In this document: one piece after another, positions 1 to 7,844 of the stretch
Position numbering within the stretch: position 1 is the stretch's first letter
Layout of the letters: each line of letters starts with the position of its first letter
From: an uncultured delta proteobacterium
Lineage (GTDB): Bacteria > Desulfobacterota > Binatia > DP-6
Assembly (NCBI GenBank): GCA_963815115.1
Contig: CAWFFN010000008.1
Span: 384,001 to 448,000 of the forward strand
DNA length: 64,000 nucleotides
Reading direction: 5' to 3'
Translations under genes and position numbers: made by a program
The notes under the pieces: generated by a model
Database searches by the model: none
What the model saw: the letters and a program-made list of their open reading frames with translations, nothing else
What the model was told of the DNA's origin: nothing

Positions 1-1
1 A

Positions 2-1255
2 GGATCCCTCTTTCTGTCAGCGACGTTGATGGAGCTGCTCCTCGACCATGGAGCAGGCGACCCGAACTGCTACGCTCCGCTGGCGGAGAAGCTAGCAACG
101 ACCGCGAGTGCCGCAGGCGAAACGCACAGGGGGGAGACCTACTGGAACCTCGCCGCTCGGTGGTGGCGACGGGCAAACGATGAACCCCGAGCGCAGCGGG
201 CAACAACAGAGGCGGCAGAGCTGTTTGTACGTGAAGCGGAAGCAGCGGAGAAGAGAGGTAGCGCCTTCGTCGCGGCTCTTCAGATGCAGAAGGCGATCGC
301 TACCTTCCGCCGGGTGCCGAACACCAAGACCCGCGTCGATGAGCTTCACGAGCGGCTTCTCGAGTACCAGGCACGATCGGTATCGGAGTTCAAGGAGGTG
401 ACGGCTAGTGCAGATATCACTGAGCTAGTCGCGCAGGCCGTCAAGGCGGTGGAAGGGAAGACGTTGAGGGAGGCGTTCGTCAACTATGCGAAGGTATCAT
501 GCTCGGAGAAGGTGGCCGTTCTGAGAGAAGAGGCAGAGCGCACGCTGGCCCAGTATCCGATGCAAGGTCTGTTCGAGACCGTACTTGTCAATGAAGCGGG
601 GAAGGTCACTGGACGGAAGGCAGCGGCTGGCTTCGGTACCAGCGGAGACGAGCAGGCCCTGAGCGCGCGAATGTTCGAGCAGGCGCGATTGCACCAAACG
701 CTATCAGCACATGGGGCAATCGAACCTTGCCGCCGAGTGCTGAATCGGGAACATCCGATCACTCTCTCGACGTTTCTCAGTATAGTCAGGAGCAGTCCGT
801 TCGTCCCTCCAGGCCGTGAACTCTTGTTCGCCACGGGCCTGATGGCGGGGATGGAGGGTGACTACCTGACAGCCGCACATATCCTGATCCCTCAGGTCGA
901 GCACACGATGCGATGGTACCTCGCGGGTGAGGGCATCATCACGTCGAGCCTGGATCAAGACGGCATCCAGGAGGAGTTCGATCTCAACCGAGTCTTCCAC
1001 TCGCCAGAGCAATGCGAGGTTCTGGGCAAGTTCATCGGAGAGAATACGGTGTTCGAGCTACGAGGTCTCCTGGTTGAGCGGGCCGGATCAAACCTACGCA
1101 ACCTGATGTCGCACGGCCTCCTTTCCGACAATGCCTTCCTGTCTCCAGCCGTATGCTACCTTTGGTGGCTCGTGCTGCGCCTTTGCATCCTGGGTATCCT
1201 GGCCGCCGAGCGGCATGCGAGCCAACCACCGACGCCTGATGGTTCGCCCAACTGA
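2..1255 (+). CDS. DUF4209-domain (HEPN-like) protein, 5'-truncated by window edge
   Basis: Frame open to window start; C-terminal ELRGLL..GSNLRNLMSHGLL with Rx4H motif; HILIPQVE; less GC-rich than the host genes. Confidence 0.8.
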   Translation, partial: GSLFLSATLMELLLDHGAGDPNCYAPLAEKLATTASAAGETHRGETYWNLAARWWRRANDEPRAQRATTEAAELFVREAEAAEKRGSAFVAALQMQKAIATFRRVPNTKTRVDELHERLLEYQARSVSEFKEVTASADITELVAQAVKAVEGKTLREAFVNYAKVSCSEKVAVLREEAERTLAQYPMQGLFETVLVNEAGKVTGRKAAAGFGTSGDEQALSARMFEQARLHQTLSAHGAIEPCRRVLNREHPITLSTFLSIVRSSPFVPPGRELLFATGLMAGMEGDYLTAAHILIPQVEHTMRWYLAGEGIITSSLDQDGIQEEFDLNRVFHSPEQCEVLGKFIGENTVFELRGLLVERAGSNLRNLMSHGLLSDNAFLSPAVCYLWWLVLRLCILGILAAERHASQPPTPDGSPN

Positions 1256-1515
1256 GGAAACCGGCTTCACGGACGCGCGGGCGGCCTAGCGCCCCCAAAC
1301 CCGATCGACCCCGCACCACCTCACCGGAAATCGGAACCCAAAGCGGACGGCTCATACAGAGTTTTCATTTTCCGCCGTTGGCGCGATCGCCGCGAGGGGC
1401 GACGTCCGTCAACTCGTGGCGCGTCCTGGCGCCTCCTAGCGCGGGCGTGTGTCTCGCGGCGTCTCGGGGCGTGGAGGTCGTCGCGCGAGAGTACTCGCAC
1501 ACGTCGCGCTCTCTC

Positions 1516-1544
1516 TTGACGACGTCACAGCGCGAGCCTACAGA
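1516..1544 (+). promoter_or_regulatory. Putative sigma70 promoter for the xis/replication operon
   Basis: TTGACG-17 nt-TACAGA followed by purine-rich RBS (GGAGAGAGG) and ATG at 1562. Confidence 0.45.
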
Positions 1545-1561
1545 GGGAAGCGGAGAGAGGA

Positions 1562-1781
1562 ATGGCGAAGCCGAAGGACAGGACCAACCTTCACGAGGCT
1601 CGCCTACAGCCCTGCGGAGGTCGCGTCGCTGCTCGGCCTCTCGGGGGCGGCGCTGGACCGTTTGCTCCGGGCGGGTACCGTGCCGTCGATCAAGCTGGGG
1701 GACCGGCGGCTGATCGCGCGGGCGGCGCTCGAACGTCTGCTCGCAGGTGGTGCCACGAACAGCGAGTTCCCCGTAGCGTGA
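1562..1781 (+). CDS. Excisionase-like HTH_17 DNA-binding protein (apparent +1 frameshift near 5' end)
   Basis: RLAYSPAEVASLLGLS..TVPSIKLGDRRLIARAALERLL lies in the 1449 frame, but the RBS and ATG at 1562 are one base out of that frame. Confidence 0.7.
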
Positions 1782-2034
1782 ACGCTCGGTGATGAAAACG
1801 GAGACGATGATGACGTAACTCGCCTGCGACGCACGTCGGCGACGCCACGAACGGCGAGTCGCGAGGCCATCCCGTCTGCCCACGGGAGGATGGACGCTTC
1901 GGCACACGGTGCCCGAGCGGACCTCCGAAGGGCGGCGGCGAACCTCGGGTTCGCCGTTCGTGCGTTCAGGCCCCAGCGCGAGGGGCGAGCGCCCAACCGG
2001 ATGAGACCGGGACGCCCGCCCCTGCGGAGGCCGG

Positions 2035-2241
2035 ATGGACGGTATCGTAGAGCGGCATGGGGAAGGCTGCAACGGGCGCGCGGCATGGCGGGCATGGGTG
2101 ATCCGCGTCGCGACACGCCTGCTCGGCGGCGACGCGGTGGGATTCGATGGCTTCGACGACGACGACAGGCTGGACGTCCTGCGTTGCCTGGCCGAACTCC
2201 TCGCTGGGCGGGATCAGCGGCGGCGGGGCCGGGCGGTATGA
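2035..2241 (+). CDS. Small hypothetical protein
   Basis: GGAGG RBS; stop overlaps the Prim-Pol ATG (ATGA). Confidence 0.55.
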   Translation: MDGIVERHGEGCNGRAAWRAWVIRVATRLLGGDAVGFDGFDDDDRLDVLRCLAELLAGRDQRRRGRAV

Positions 2242-2823
2242 AAGCGCCGCTGACGCTCCGGGCCGCGCGGTGGTACGCCCAGCACGGGCTGTTCGTCTTT
2301 CCGATCTGGCAGCCTGCGGTCGATGCGGCGGGGACCGTCACCGGGGACTGCACCTGTCCGCCGACGCATCTGAGCCGCGATCCGGGGACGGGCGTCTGTG
2401 CGAGCCCCGGCAAGCATCCGATGACGTCGAACGGACATCTCGACGCCACGACCGATCTCGCGCGCATTGACGCCTGGTGGCGCAAGCATCCGACCGCCAG
2501 CGTCGGCATCGCGTGCGGACCGTCCCGGCTGGCGGTTCTCGACGTCGATCCACGACACGGAGGCGACGACCAGCTAGCCGAGCTTGGGAAGGTCCATGGT
2601 CCCCTGCCCAGCACCTGGCGCGTGCTCACGGGAGGCGGCGGGCTGCATCTACCTTTTCGAGCGCCCGACGGCGTGGCGCTGGTCGATGGCGAGGTCGCCC
2701 GGGGCCTCGACTTCAAAGCGAACGGCTACATCGTCGCGGTGCTGTCGCTCCATGTGAGCGGTCAGCGGTACGTGTGGGAGGTCGGCTACGAACCGTGGTC
2801 GCTCCCGCTCGCGCCATTGCCGC

Positions 2824-2850
2824 TGGACTTGCCCCCGACCGGCGAACACC
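2824..2850 (+). repeat. IS3 left inverted repeat
   Basis: TGGACTTGCCCCCGACCGGCGAACACC. Confidence 0.92.
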
Positions 2851-2887
2851 CCAGATGTGGGCGTGAGCCCACGAGGAGGGTGTTCGG

Positions 2888-3205
2888 ATGCGGAAGAAGG
2901 TGGAGGGCAAGGGAGCGAGTCGCCGCCCACGGCGATCGTTCACGAGTTCGTTCAAGGCCGAGGTCGTCGCCTTGGTGCGACAGGGTGACCGGACGATCCC
3001 GACGATTTGTCGGGAGATGGACCTGAGCGAGACGGCGGTGCGCCGCTGGGTCGAGCAGGTGGCGGTCGACGCGGGCGAACGGGAGGGGCTGACGACCGAG
3101 GAGCGCGAGGAGCTGCGGCGGTTGCGGCGCGAGGTGCGGGTGCTCCGCGACGAGCGGGACATCTTGAAGCGGGCGGCGGCTTTCTTCGCGATGGAGACCC
3201 GATGA
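2888..3205 (+). CDS. IS3 transposase OrfA (HTH)
   Basis: RRSFTSSFKAEVV..VRRWV..ELRRLRREVRVLRDERDILKRAAAFFA. Confidence 0.93.
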   Translation: MRKKVEGKGASRRPRRSFTSSFKAEVVALVRQGDRTIPTICREMDLSETAVRRWVEQVAVDAGEREGLTTEEREELRRLRREVRVLRDERDILKRAAAFFAMETR

Positions 3206-4083
3206 GCCGGTACCGGTTCGTCGAGGCGGAGAGTCGTCGGTATTCGGTGACGCAGCTTTGCCGGATCGCCCAGGTCTCCCGCACCGCCTACTACGAGTGG
3301 CAGGACGGGCCGCCGTCGCAGCGTGAACGAGACGATGCGGCACTGCTGGCGAAGATCAAGGCGATCCATGCGGCGTCGGACGGCCAATACGGCGTGCCCC
3401 GCGTGCTGGCTGAGTTGCAGGCCCAGGGCCACGAGGTCGGCCGCAAGCGCGTAGCGCGGTTGATGAAGGCAGCGGGCCTGCGAGGTCGTCGCCCACCGCG
3501 CTGGGTCCGTACGACGACACCGGAACCGACACCGCCGGCGATCCCCGATCTCGTGCATGGGAAGTTCGAAGCGCCGTCCCCCGACATGCTGTGGGTCGGC
3601 GACATCACCTACATCCGCACGTGGGAGGGCTGGCTGTACCTGGCGACGGTCATCGACGTCTTCTCGCGTCGCGTGATCGGATTCTCCCTCGCCGGTCACT
3701 TGCGCGCATCGCTCGTGTGCGATGCGTTGATGATGGCCGTCGCTACGCGCAGCGGAAACGTTGAGGGTGTCATCTTCCACTCGGACAGGGGAAGCCAATA
3801 CACCTCGGCCGAGTTCCGGGCACTGTGCGATGCGCACGGCGTGAAACAGTCAATGGGAAAGACCGGCGTCTGCTGGGACAACGCCCTCGCCGAGTCCTTC
3901 TTCGCGACCTACAAGCTCGAGCTCATCGAGCCCCGGTCATGGCCGACCCGGGCTCGCACACGGACGGCGACCGTTCACTGGATCGAAGCCGTCTACAACC
4001 GCCAGCGTCGGCACTCAGCCATCGACATGATGAGCCCCGTCGACTACGAGGACCGATACTGGAATCGCCGCGCAGCGGCTTAA
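3202..4083 (+). CDS. IS3 transposase OrfB (DDE integrase core)
   Basis: WVGDITY, FHSDRGSQY, DNALAESFF; ATGA overlap with orfA. Confidence 0.95.
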   Translation: MSRYRFVEAESRRYSVTQLCRIAQVSRTAYYEWQDGPPSQRERDDAALLAKIKAIHAASDGQYGVPRVLAELQAQGHEVGRKRVARLMKAAGLRGRRPPRWVRTTTPEPTPPAIPDLVHGKFEAPSPDMLWVGDITYIRTWEGWLYLATVIDVFSRRVIGFSLAGHLRASLVCDALMMAVATRSGNVEGVIFHSDRGSQYTSAEFRALCDAHGVKQSMGKTGVCWDNALAESFFATYKLELIEPRSWPTRARTRTATVHWIEAVYNRQRRHSAIDMMSPVDYEDRYWNRRAAA

Positions 4084-4087
4084 CTCA

Positions 4088-4114
4088 GGTGTTCGCCCGG
4101 ACGGGGCAAGACCA
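4088..4114 (-). repeat. IS3 right inverted repeat
   Basis: Reverse complement TGGTCTTGCCCCGTCCGGGCGAACACC matches the left IR. Confidence 0.92.
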
Positions 4115-4376
4115 CGCCGTGGCTCCTAGAGCATCGGCGGGCCGAGTCGGCGCATGCGGATCGGCTGTGTGCCGATGGGACCGCCCTGCTCCTGCGCGAA
4201 GGCGAACGCAATCAGGGGCTCTTCCGGATCGGGAGTGCGTTGCGCCGGTACGGCATCGGTGGTGCGGCGCTGCTGAACTGCCTGCGCGCCATCAACCGAG
4301 ATCACTGCGTACCCCCGCTCCGGGAGGCGGAAGTACAGCGGATCGCGACCAGCGTCGCCCGCTACCGCCCCGGCTG

Positions 4377-4408
4377 GACCGTTTCCGAGACGTCCGGGGC
4401 GGCGTCAC
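4377..4408 (-). repeat. Iteron-like repeat copy 1
   Basis: Reverse complement GTGACGCCGCCCCGGACGTCTCGGAAACGGTC; 29/32 identical to 5962-5993. Confidence 0.8.
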
Positions 4409-4436
4409 AACATACCCTCGAGATCGAGGTGGCGTA

Positions 4437-6068
4437 GTGGCACAGGCGACCTTTACGCCCGTTCGTGTCCCGCACGGCTGGCATCTCGAAGTGCAGGTGA
4501 GCAGCAAGAAGCGGGTCGTCCTTGAAGCGGTGAGCCCCCATTTCGACCGGGGGGCAGTGCGGGCAGCGTTGACCATCCGCGCTGGCAAGACCCTCCTTCT
4601 CCGAGACACGGTGAACCTCACGTCAGCCCGAGCCCGTGCTCGGGTGGTCGCGGCCTTGGCGGAGAAGAAGATCAACCTCGACGAGCGCCCCTTGGTCGCC
4701 CTCGATGAGGCATGCCGGAGCGGGAGGCCTACCGCACAGCCCGGTGGGTGTGACGGGGCCCCGAACGTTTCGGAAAAGGTGCCTGCGCTCACCATGGCCG
4801 AGCTGGAGGCGCGGGTGCGGCACTGGTTGCTCGTCAACGATCCGGCGCTGCTCCCCGTCCTCGTCGGCGCGGTGCTAACTCACCGGCTCGACGGCGATCC
4901 CGTGTGGCTCCTGAACGTCGCGCCGCCCGGCGGGACGAAGAGCGAGTTGCTCCGGGCGCTCTACCGGTACCCCGGCGTCTACCCGCTTTCCGAGCTGACT
5001 CCCAAGACCTTCGCCTCCGGCTTGGAGGTTCCGGGGGGCACGAACCCCTCGCTGCTGGCGCGGCTCACGAACGAGATCCTGGTGCTCAAGGACTTCACCA
5101 CCGTCTTGGAGATGCGGCGCGAGGACCGGCAGACGATCCTCGCTCAGCTCCGGGAAATTTACGACGGGCGCTACGACAAGACGTGGGGTACCGGGAGGGA
5201 ACTCCGCTGGGAGGGCCGCCTGGGCTTCGTGGCGGGCGTGACGCCCATCATCGACAAGCACCAGGCCGCCATGTCGATCCTGGGCGAGCGATTCGTCCTC
5301 TTCCGCCCGATCATGCCGGACCGCAAGCAGCTCGCGATGGCGGCACTCAAGAGTCGCGGACGGGAACGCGAGATGCGCGAGGACCTCGCCCGCGCCATGC
5401 ATGGGTTCCTCGCGGCACGCGGCTCCGCCATGCCCGAGGTGTCGGCGGCGGTGCTCGACCGCGTGGCGACGGTGGCCGACTTCGTCACCCGCGCGCGGTC
5501 CGGCGTGCAGCGTGACGGCTTCAGGCGTGAGCTGGAGTATGCGCCGGAGCCCGAGGCCCCGACGCGCTTCGCGAAGGTTCTCCTGTCGCTCGCGTCCGGC
5601 ATCGCACTCGCCTACGACAGCCCCGAGATCACGGGCCGCGAGCTGGGGCTCGTTCTGCGCGTGGCCCTCGACTGCCTGCCGCTGATCCGCCATCGCGTGA
5701 TCGCGGCGTTGGTCGAGGAAACCATCACGGCGGACGCCGACGGACGGCTATCGACCAGTGCTATTGCGGGCACGGCCCAGTTCTCGGGTACCGCAGTCCG
5801 GCGCGCCTTGGAGGACCTGCAGGCGCTCGACGTCGTGGTCTGCCAGAAAGCCGGGGCCGGAAAACCCGACCAGTGGGCGCTGGGCGAGCGGTGGCGCGAG
5901 GTGTTCCGGGAGCTCGCGGCGGACGCTCGGGGGCCACATACGGGTGCTGGGAATGGTAGAGGTGACGGCTCCCCGGACGTTTCGGAAACGGTCGGTGACA
6001 CCGTGTCCGAGACGTCCGTCCCCCCGTCACAACCGGACGACGGAGATGTCGGCGAGGTACTCCGATGA
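4437..6068 (+). CDS. MCM-like AAA+ replicative helicase with C-terminal winged helix
   Basis: GTG start after GAGGT; Walker A-like APPGGTKS, Walker B-like LVLKDF, LREIYDG, ERF arginine finger-like, wHTH-like STSAIA..AVRRALEDL. Confidence 0.75.
   Translation: MAQATFTPVRVPHGWHLEVQVSSKKRVVLEAVSPHFDRGAVRAALTIRAGKTLLLRDTVNLTSARARARVVAALAEKKINLDERPLVALDEACRSGRPTAQPGGCDGAPNVSEKVPALTMAELEARVRHWLLVNDPALLPVLVGAVLTHRLDGDPVWLLNVAPPGGTKSELLRALYRYPGVYPLSELTPKTFASGLEVPGGTNPSLLARLTNEILVLKDFTTVLEMRREDRQTILAQLREIYDGRYDKTWGTGRELRWEGRLGFVAGVTPIIDKHQAAMSILGERFVLFRPIMPDRKQLAMAALKSRGREREMREDLARAMHGFLAARGSAMPEVSAAVLDRVATVADFVTRARSGVQRDGFRRELEYAPEPEAPTRFAKVLLSLASGIALAYDSPEITGRELGLVLRVALDCLPLIRHRVIAALVEETITADADGRLSTSAIAGTAQFSGTAVRRALEDLQALDVVVCQKAGAGKPDQWALGERWREVFRELAADARGPHTGAGNGRGDGSPDVSETVGDTVSETSVPPSQPDDGDVGEVLR
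4750..4780 (+). repeat. Iteron-like repeat copy 2
   Basis: GTGACGGGGCCCCGAACGTTTCGGAAAAGGT; 27/31 identical to copy 3. Confidence 0.78.
5962..6030. repeat. Iteron-like copies 3 and 4 forming a 69-bp inverted repeat (candidate origin)
   Basis: 5962-5992 and reverse complement of 6000-6030 match at 24/31, with a 7-nt spacer. Confidence 0.78.
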
Positions 6069-6493
6069 AGGCGGTCGCATTGCTCGCCTCGCTGCGCCGC
6101 CGGGGACTGCGATTCACACTGCTGGACGACTGGGTCCACGTCGCCCCGCGTTCGTTGCTGACCGACGACGACCGCCAGCGTCTCCGCGCCGTCTTCGATC
6201 AGTTGGAGCGAGTCCTCCGCGACGAAGAGGCCGCTATCCCTGACAGCCCCTGTGGGCTCTGGGGGTCGCCGCTCATCTGGATGAACGAGTGGCCGACGGC
6301 GGGCGCACACCGCTGGCTCTGCCTCACCTGTGCCGACCGTCCAATCCCGACGCTGGCGGACGTGAACGCTACCCTCAGCGACGAGGAGCGCGGGCGGCTC
6401 GCCGAGGAGACGGTGGGCGATGACCTCGCTCGCGGGGTCCTCAACGAGTTGGAGCTGGCCGACCCGGCGGCGACGACGAGGGCGCGGCGATGA
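6065..6493 (+). CDS. Hypothetical protein, N-terminus resembling TubC N-terminal docking-like domain
   Basis: LLASLRRRGLRFTL..VHVAPRSLLTDDDRQRL; ATGA-coupled to the helicase. Confidence 0.6.
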   Translation: MKAVALLASLRRRGLRFTLLDDWVHVAPRSLLTDDDRQRLRAVFDQLERVLRDEEAAIPDSPCGLWGSPLIWMNEWPTAGAHRWLCLTCADRPIPTLADVNATLSDEERGRLAEETVGDDLARGVLNELELADPAATTRARR

Positions 6494-6981
6494 GCCCGGC
6501 GCTCCAGGTCGCGCTGGAGACGCTCGCGGCGCGGATTGAGACCGCCGCCCGCACTGGCACGCCGCTGCGGACCGCGGAGGCGGTCGCCCTCCTGCGTGCC
6601 GGTGGGATGCCGCGCGACCAGGCGCGCCGCCTGCTCGTCACGGCAGGCGATGGACGCTGGGTCCTAGGACGCGGCCAGACGACCGCGCGCGGGGGGTACC
6701 CGCCCCATATCCTGCTGCCCGTCAGCGCGACTTTCTGCGGGGTTCTCGCGGCGGCAAAAACCCGGTCTGGCGGCGCGCCCGAATGTGTGGACCCTCGCGC
6801 GCGGCTCTTGGCGGCAGCGCGGGCAGTCGGCTTTCCCCGACTGGAGTACGTCTCGGGCCGGATCATCATCGGCGAGGAGTGCTTTTGGGAACGCTTCGCC
6901 GCGCTCGCGACCTCGACCGAGATCGCGACGGCGCTGCGGGCGCTCGGTGTGAACCCTGAAGAAAGGGAGCCGTGGCCGTGA
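6490..6981 (+). CDS. Hypothetical protein
   Basis: 4-bp overlaps with the genes on both sides. Confidence 0.6.
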   Translation: MSPALQVALETLAARIETAARTGTPLRTAEAVALLRAGGMPRDQARRLLVTAGDGRWVLGRGQTTARGGYPPHILLPVSATFCGVLAAAKTRSGGAPECVDPRARLLAAARAVGFPRLEYVSGRIIIGEECFWERFAALATSTEIATALRALGVNPEEREPWP

Positions 6982-7175
6982 GCCACCGGCGTCCCGTCCA
7001 CCCACTCGTCCGCGCCGTGCGCGCGGCGGGCGGCAGCGTGCGGACGGTGCGAGGCGTCGTGAGGGTGTCGCTGCCGGTGGGCATCCCGCCCGATGACCGT
7101 CCGCTCCTCGCGCTGGTGCTGCGCCAGCTCGTCACGCGCGCGGCACCCGCCCCCAGGACGCGGCGGCGGCGCTGA
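6978..7175 (+). CDS. Small basic hypothetical protein
   Basis: GTGA overlap upstream, TGATG overlap downstream. Confidence 0.5.
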   Translation: MSHRRPVHPLVRAVRAAGGSVRTVRGVVRVSLPVGIPPDDRPLLALVLRQLVTRAAPAPRTRRRR

Positions 7176-7603
7176 TGGACGGCACCGGCCAGCCTTCCTC
7201 CGGAGGTGTTCCCTCCTGGCGTCCGCGTGGGGGGGAGCTCGAGCGGGTGATGGCGGCGCTCTGCGCGCACACGACCGCCCTGCCCGAGTTGCTCGACGCC
7301 GTGCCACTCGCCACCGCCCCCGCCCTGCTGGCGGTGCTCCGCACGGTCACCCGCGCGCTCCATGATGCGGAAGGACGCCTCGCCTTGCGGGTCTTCGCGC
7401 AGGCTTCGGGCCCGCCCGCGCGCAGCCCCGCCACGTTCATCTCCATGGCGGACGCCGCGCGGCGGCTGGGGCGCTCCACCCGCTGGCTCTACCGCCACAA
7501 ACACCAGCTGCCCTTCGTCCGCCGCGACGGCTCGCGCGGGCTCCGCGCGTCGGTCCCGGACCTCGAACAGTACATGCGGACCCGACCGACCCTTGCCAGG
7601 TAG
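7175..7603 (+). CDS. HTH (AlpA/excisionase-like) DNA-binding protein
   Basis: FISMADAARRLGRSTRWLYR..LPFVRR..LRASVPDLEQYM. Confidence 0.7.
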   Translation: MDGTGQPSSGGVPSWRPRGGELERVMAALCAHTTALPELLDAVPLATAPALLAVLRTVTRALHDAEGRLALRVFAQASGPPARSPATFISMADAARRLGRSTRWLYRHKHQLPFVRRDGSRGLRASVPDLEQYMRTRPTLAR

Positions 7604-7628
7604 TACGAACGAACTGTAGGATCTCCGT

Positions 7629-7844
7629 ATGCCACGGCAGAGACGGCAGCGGAGGACGGGGGAGGCGCGGCGGACACCCGCCGAGGCGACGAAAGGACCG
7701 GCGATGCAAACGACCACGTTGTCCCTGCCCGAAGACGTGCATTGGAAGCTGCGCGACCTGGCGCTCCAGGAGCGCACCACCGCCCGCGAGCTGATCCGCA
7801 AGGCCATCGAGCAGTACCTCGCGCGGCGGGAGCGGCGGGCATGA
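7629..7844 (+). CDS. Ribbon-helix-helix (CopG-like) regulator
   Basis: TTLSLPEDVHWKLRDLA..TARELIRKAIEQYL. Confidence 0.8.
   Translation: MPRQRRQRRTGEARRTPAEATKGPAMQTTTLSLPEDVHWKLRDLALQERTTARELIRKAIEQYLARRERRA

Larger units (their letters stand above)
2824..4114 (+). mobile_element. IS3-family insertion sequence, 1291 bp, 3-bp target duplication CGC
   Basis: TG...CA ends, 27-bp imperfect terminal IRs, CGC at 2821-2823 and 4115-4117, orfA plus orfB. Confidence 0.95.
2238..4437 (+). pseudogene. Bifunctional primase/polymerase (AEP Prim-Pol + PriCT-1) interrupted by IS3
   Basis: GKHP, VLDVD and GGGLH motifs before the IS; EGERNQGLF..PPLREAEV..IATS (PriCT-1) after it; removing the IS and one CGC restores an in-frame 301-aa ORF (..LAPLPPWLL..). 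Confidence 0.9.

Noticed and set aside
1-1500. Second att copy of the tRNA-Lys 3' end
   Set aside because: No match found by eye; the element boundary probably lies outside the window
1890-3026. 378-aa ORF as an intact protein
   Set aside because: It joins an Arg-rich upstream extension, the Prim-Pol N-terminus (likely start 2238) and read-through into the IS
3825-4436. N-terminal extension of the 747-aa ORF
   Set aside because: Overlaps IS orfB and PriCT-1 in other frames; GTG at 4437 has an RBS and is coupled to the upstream stop
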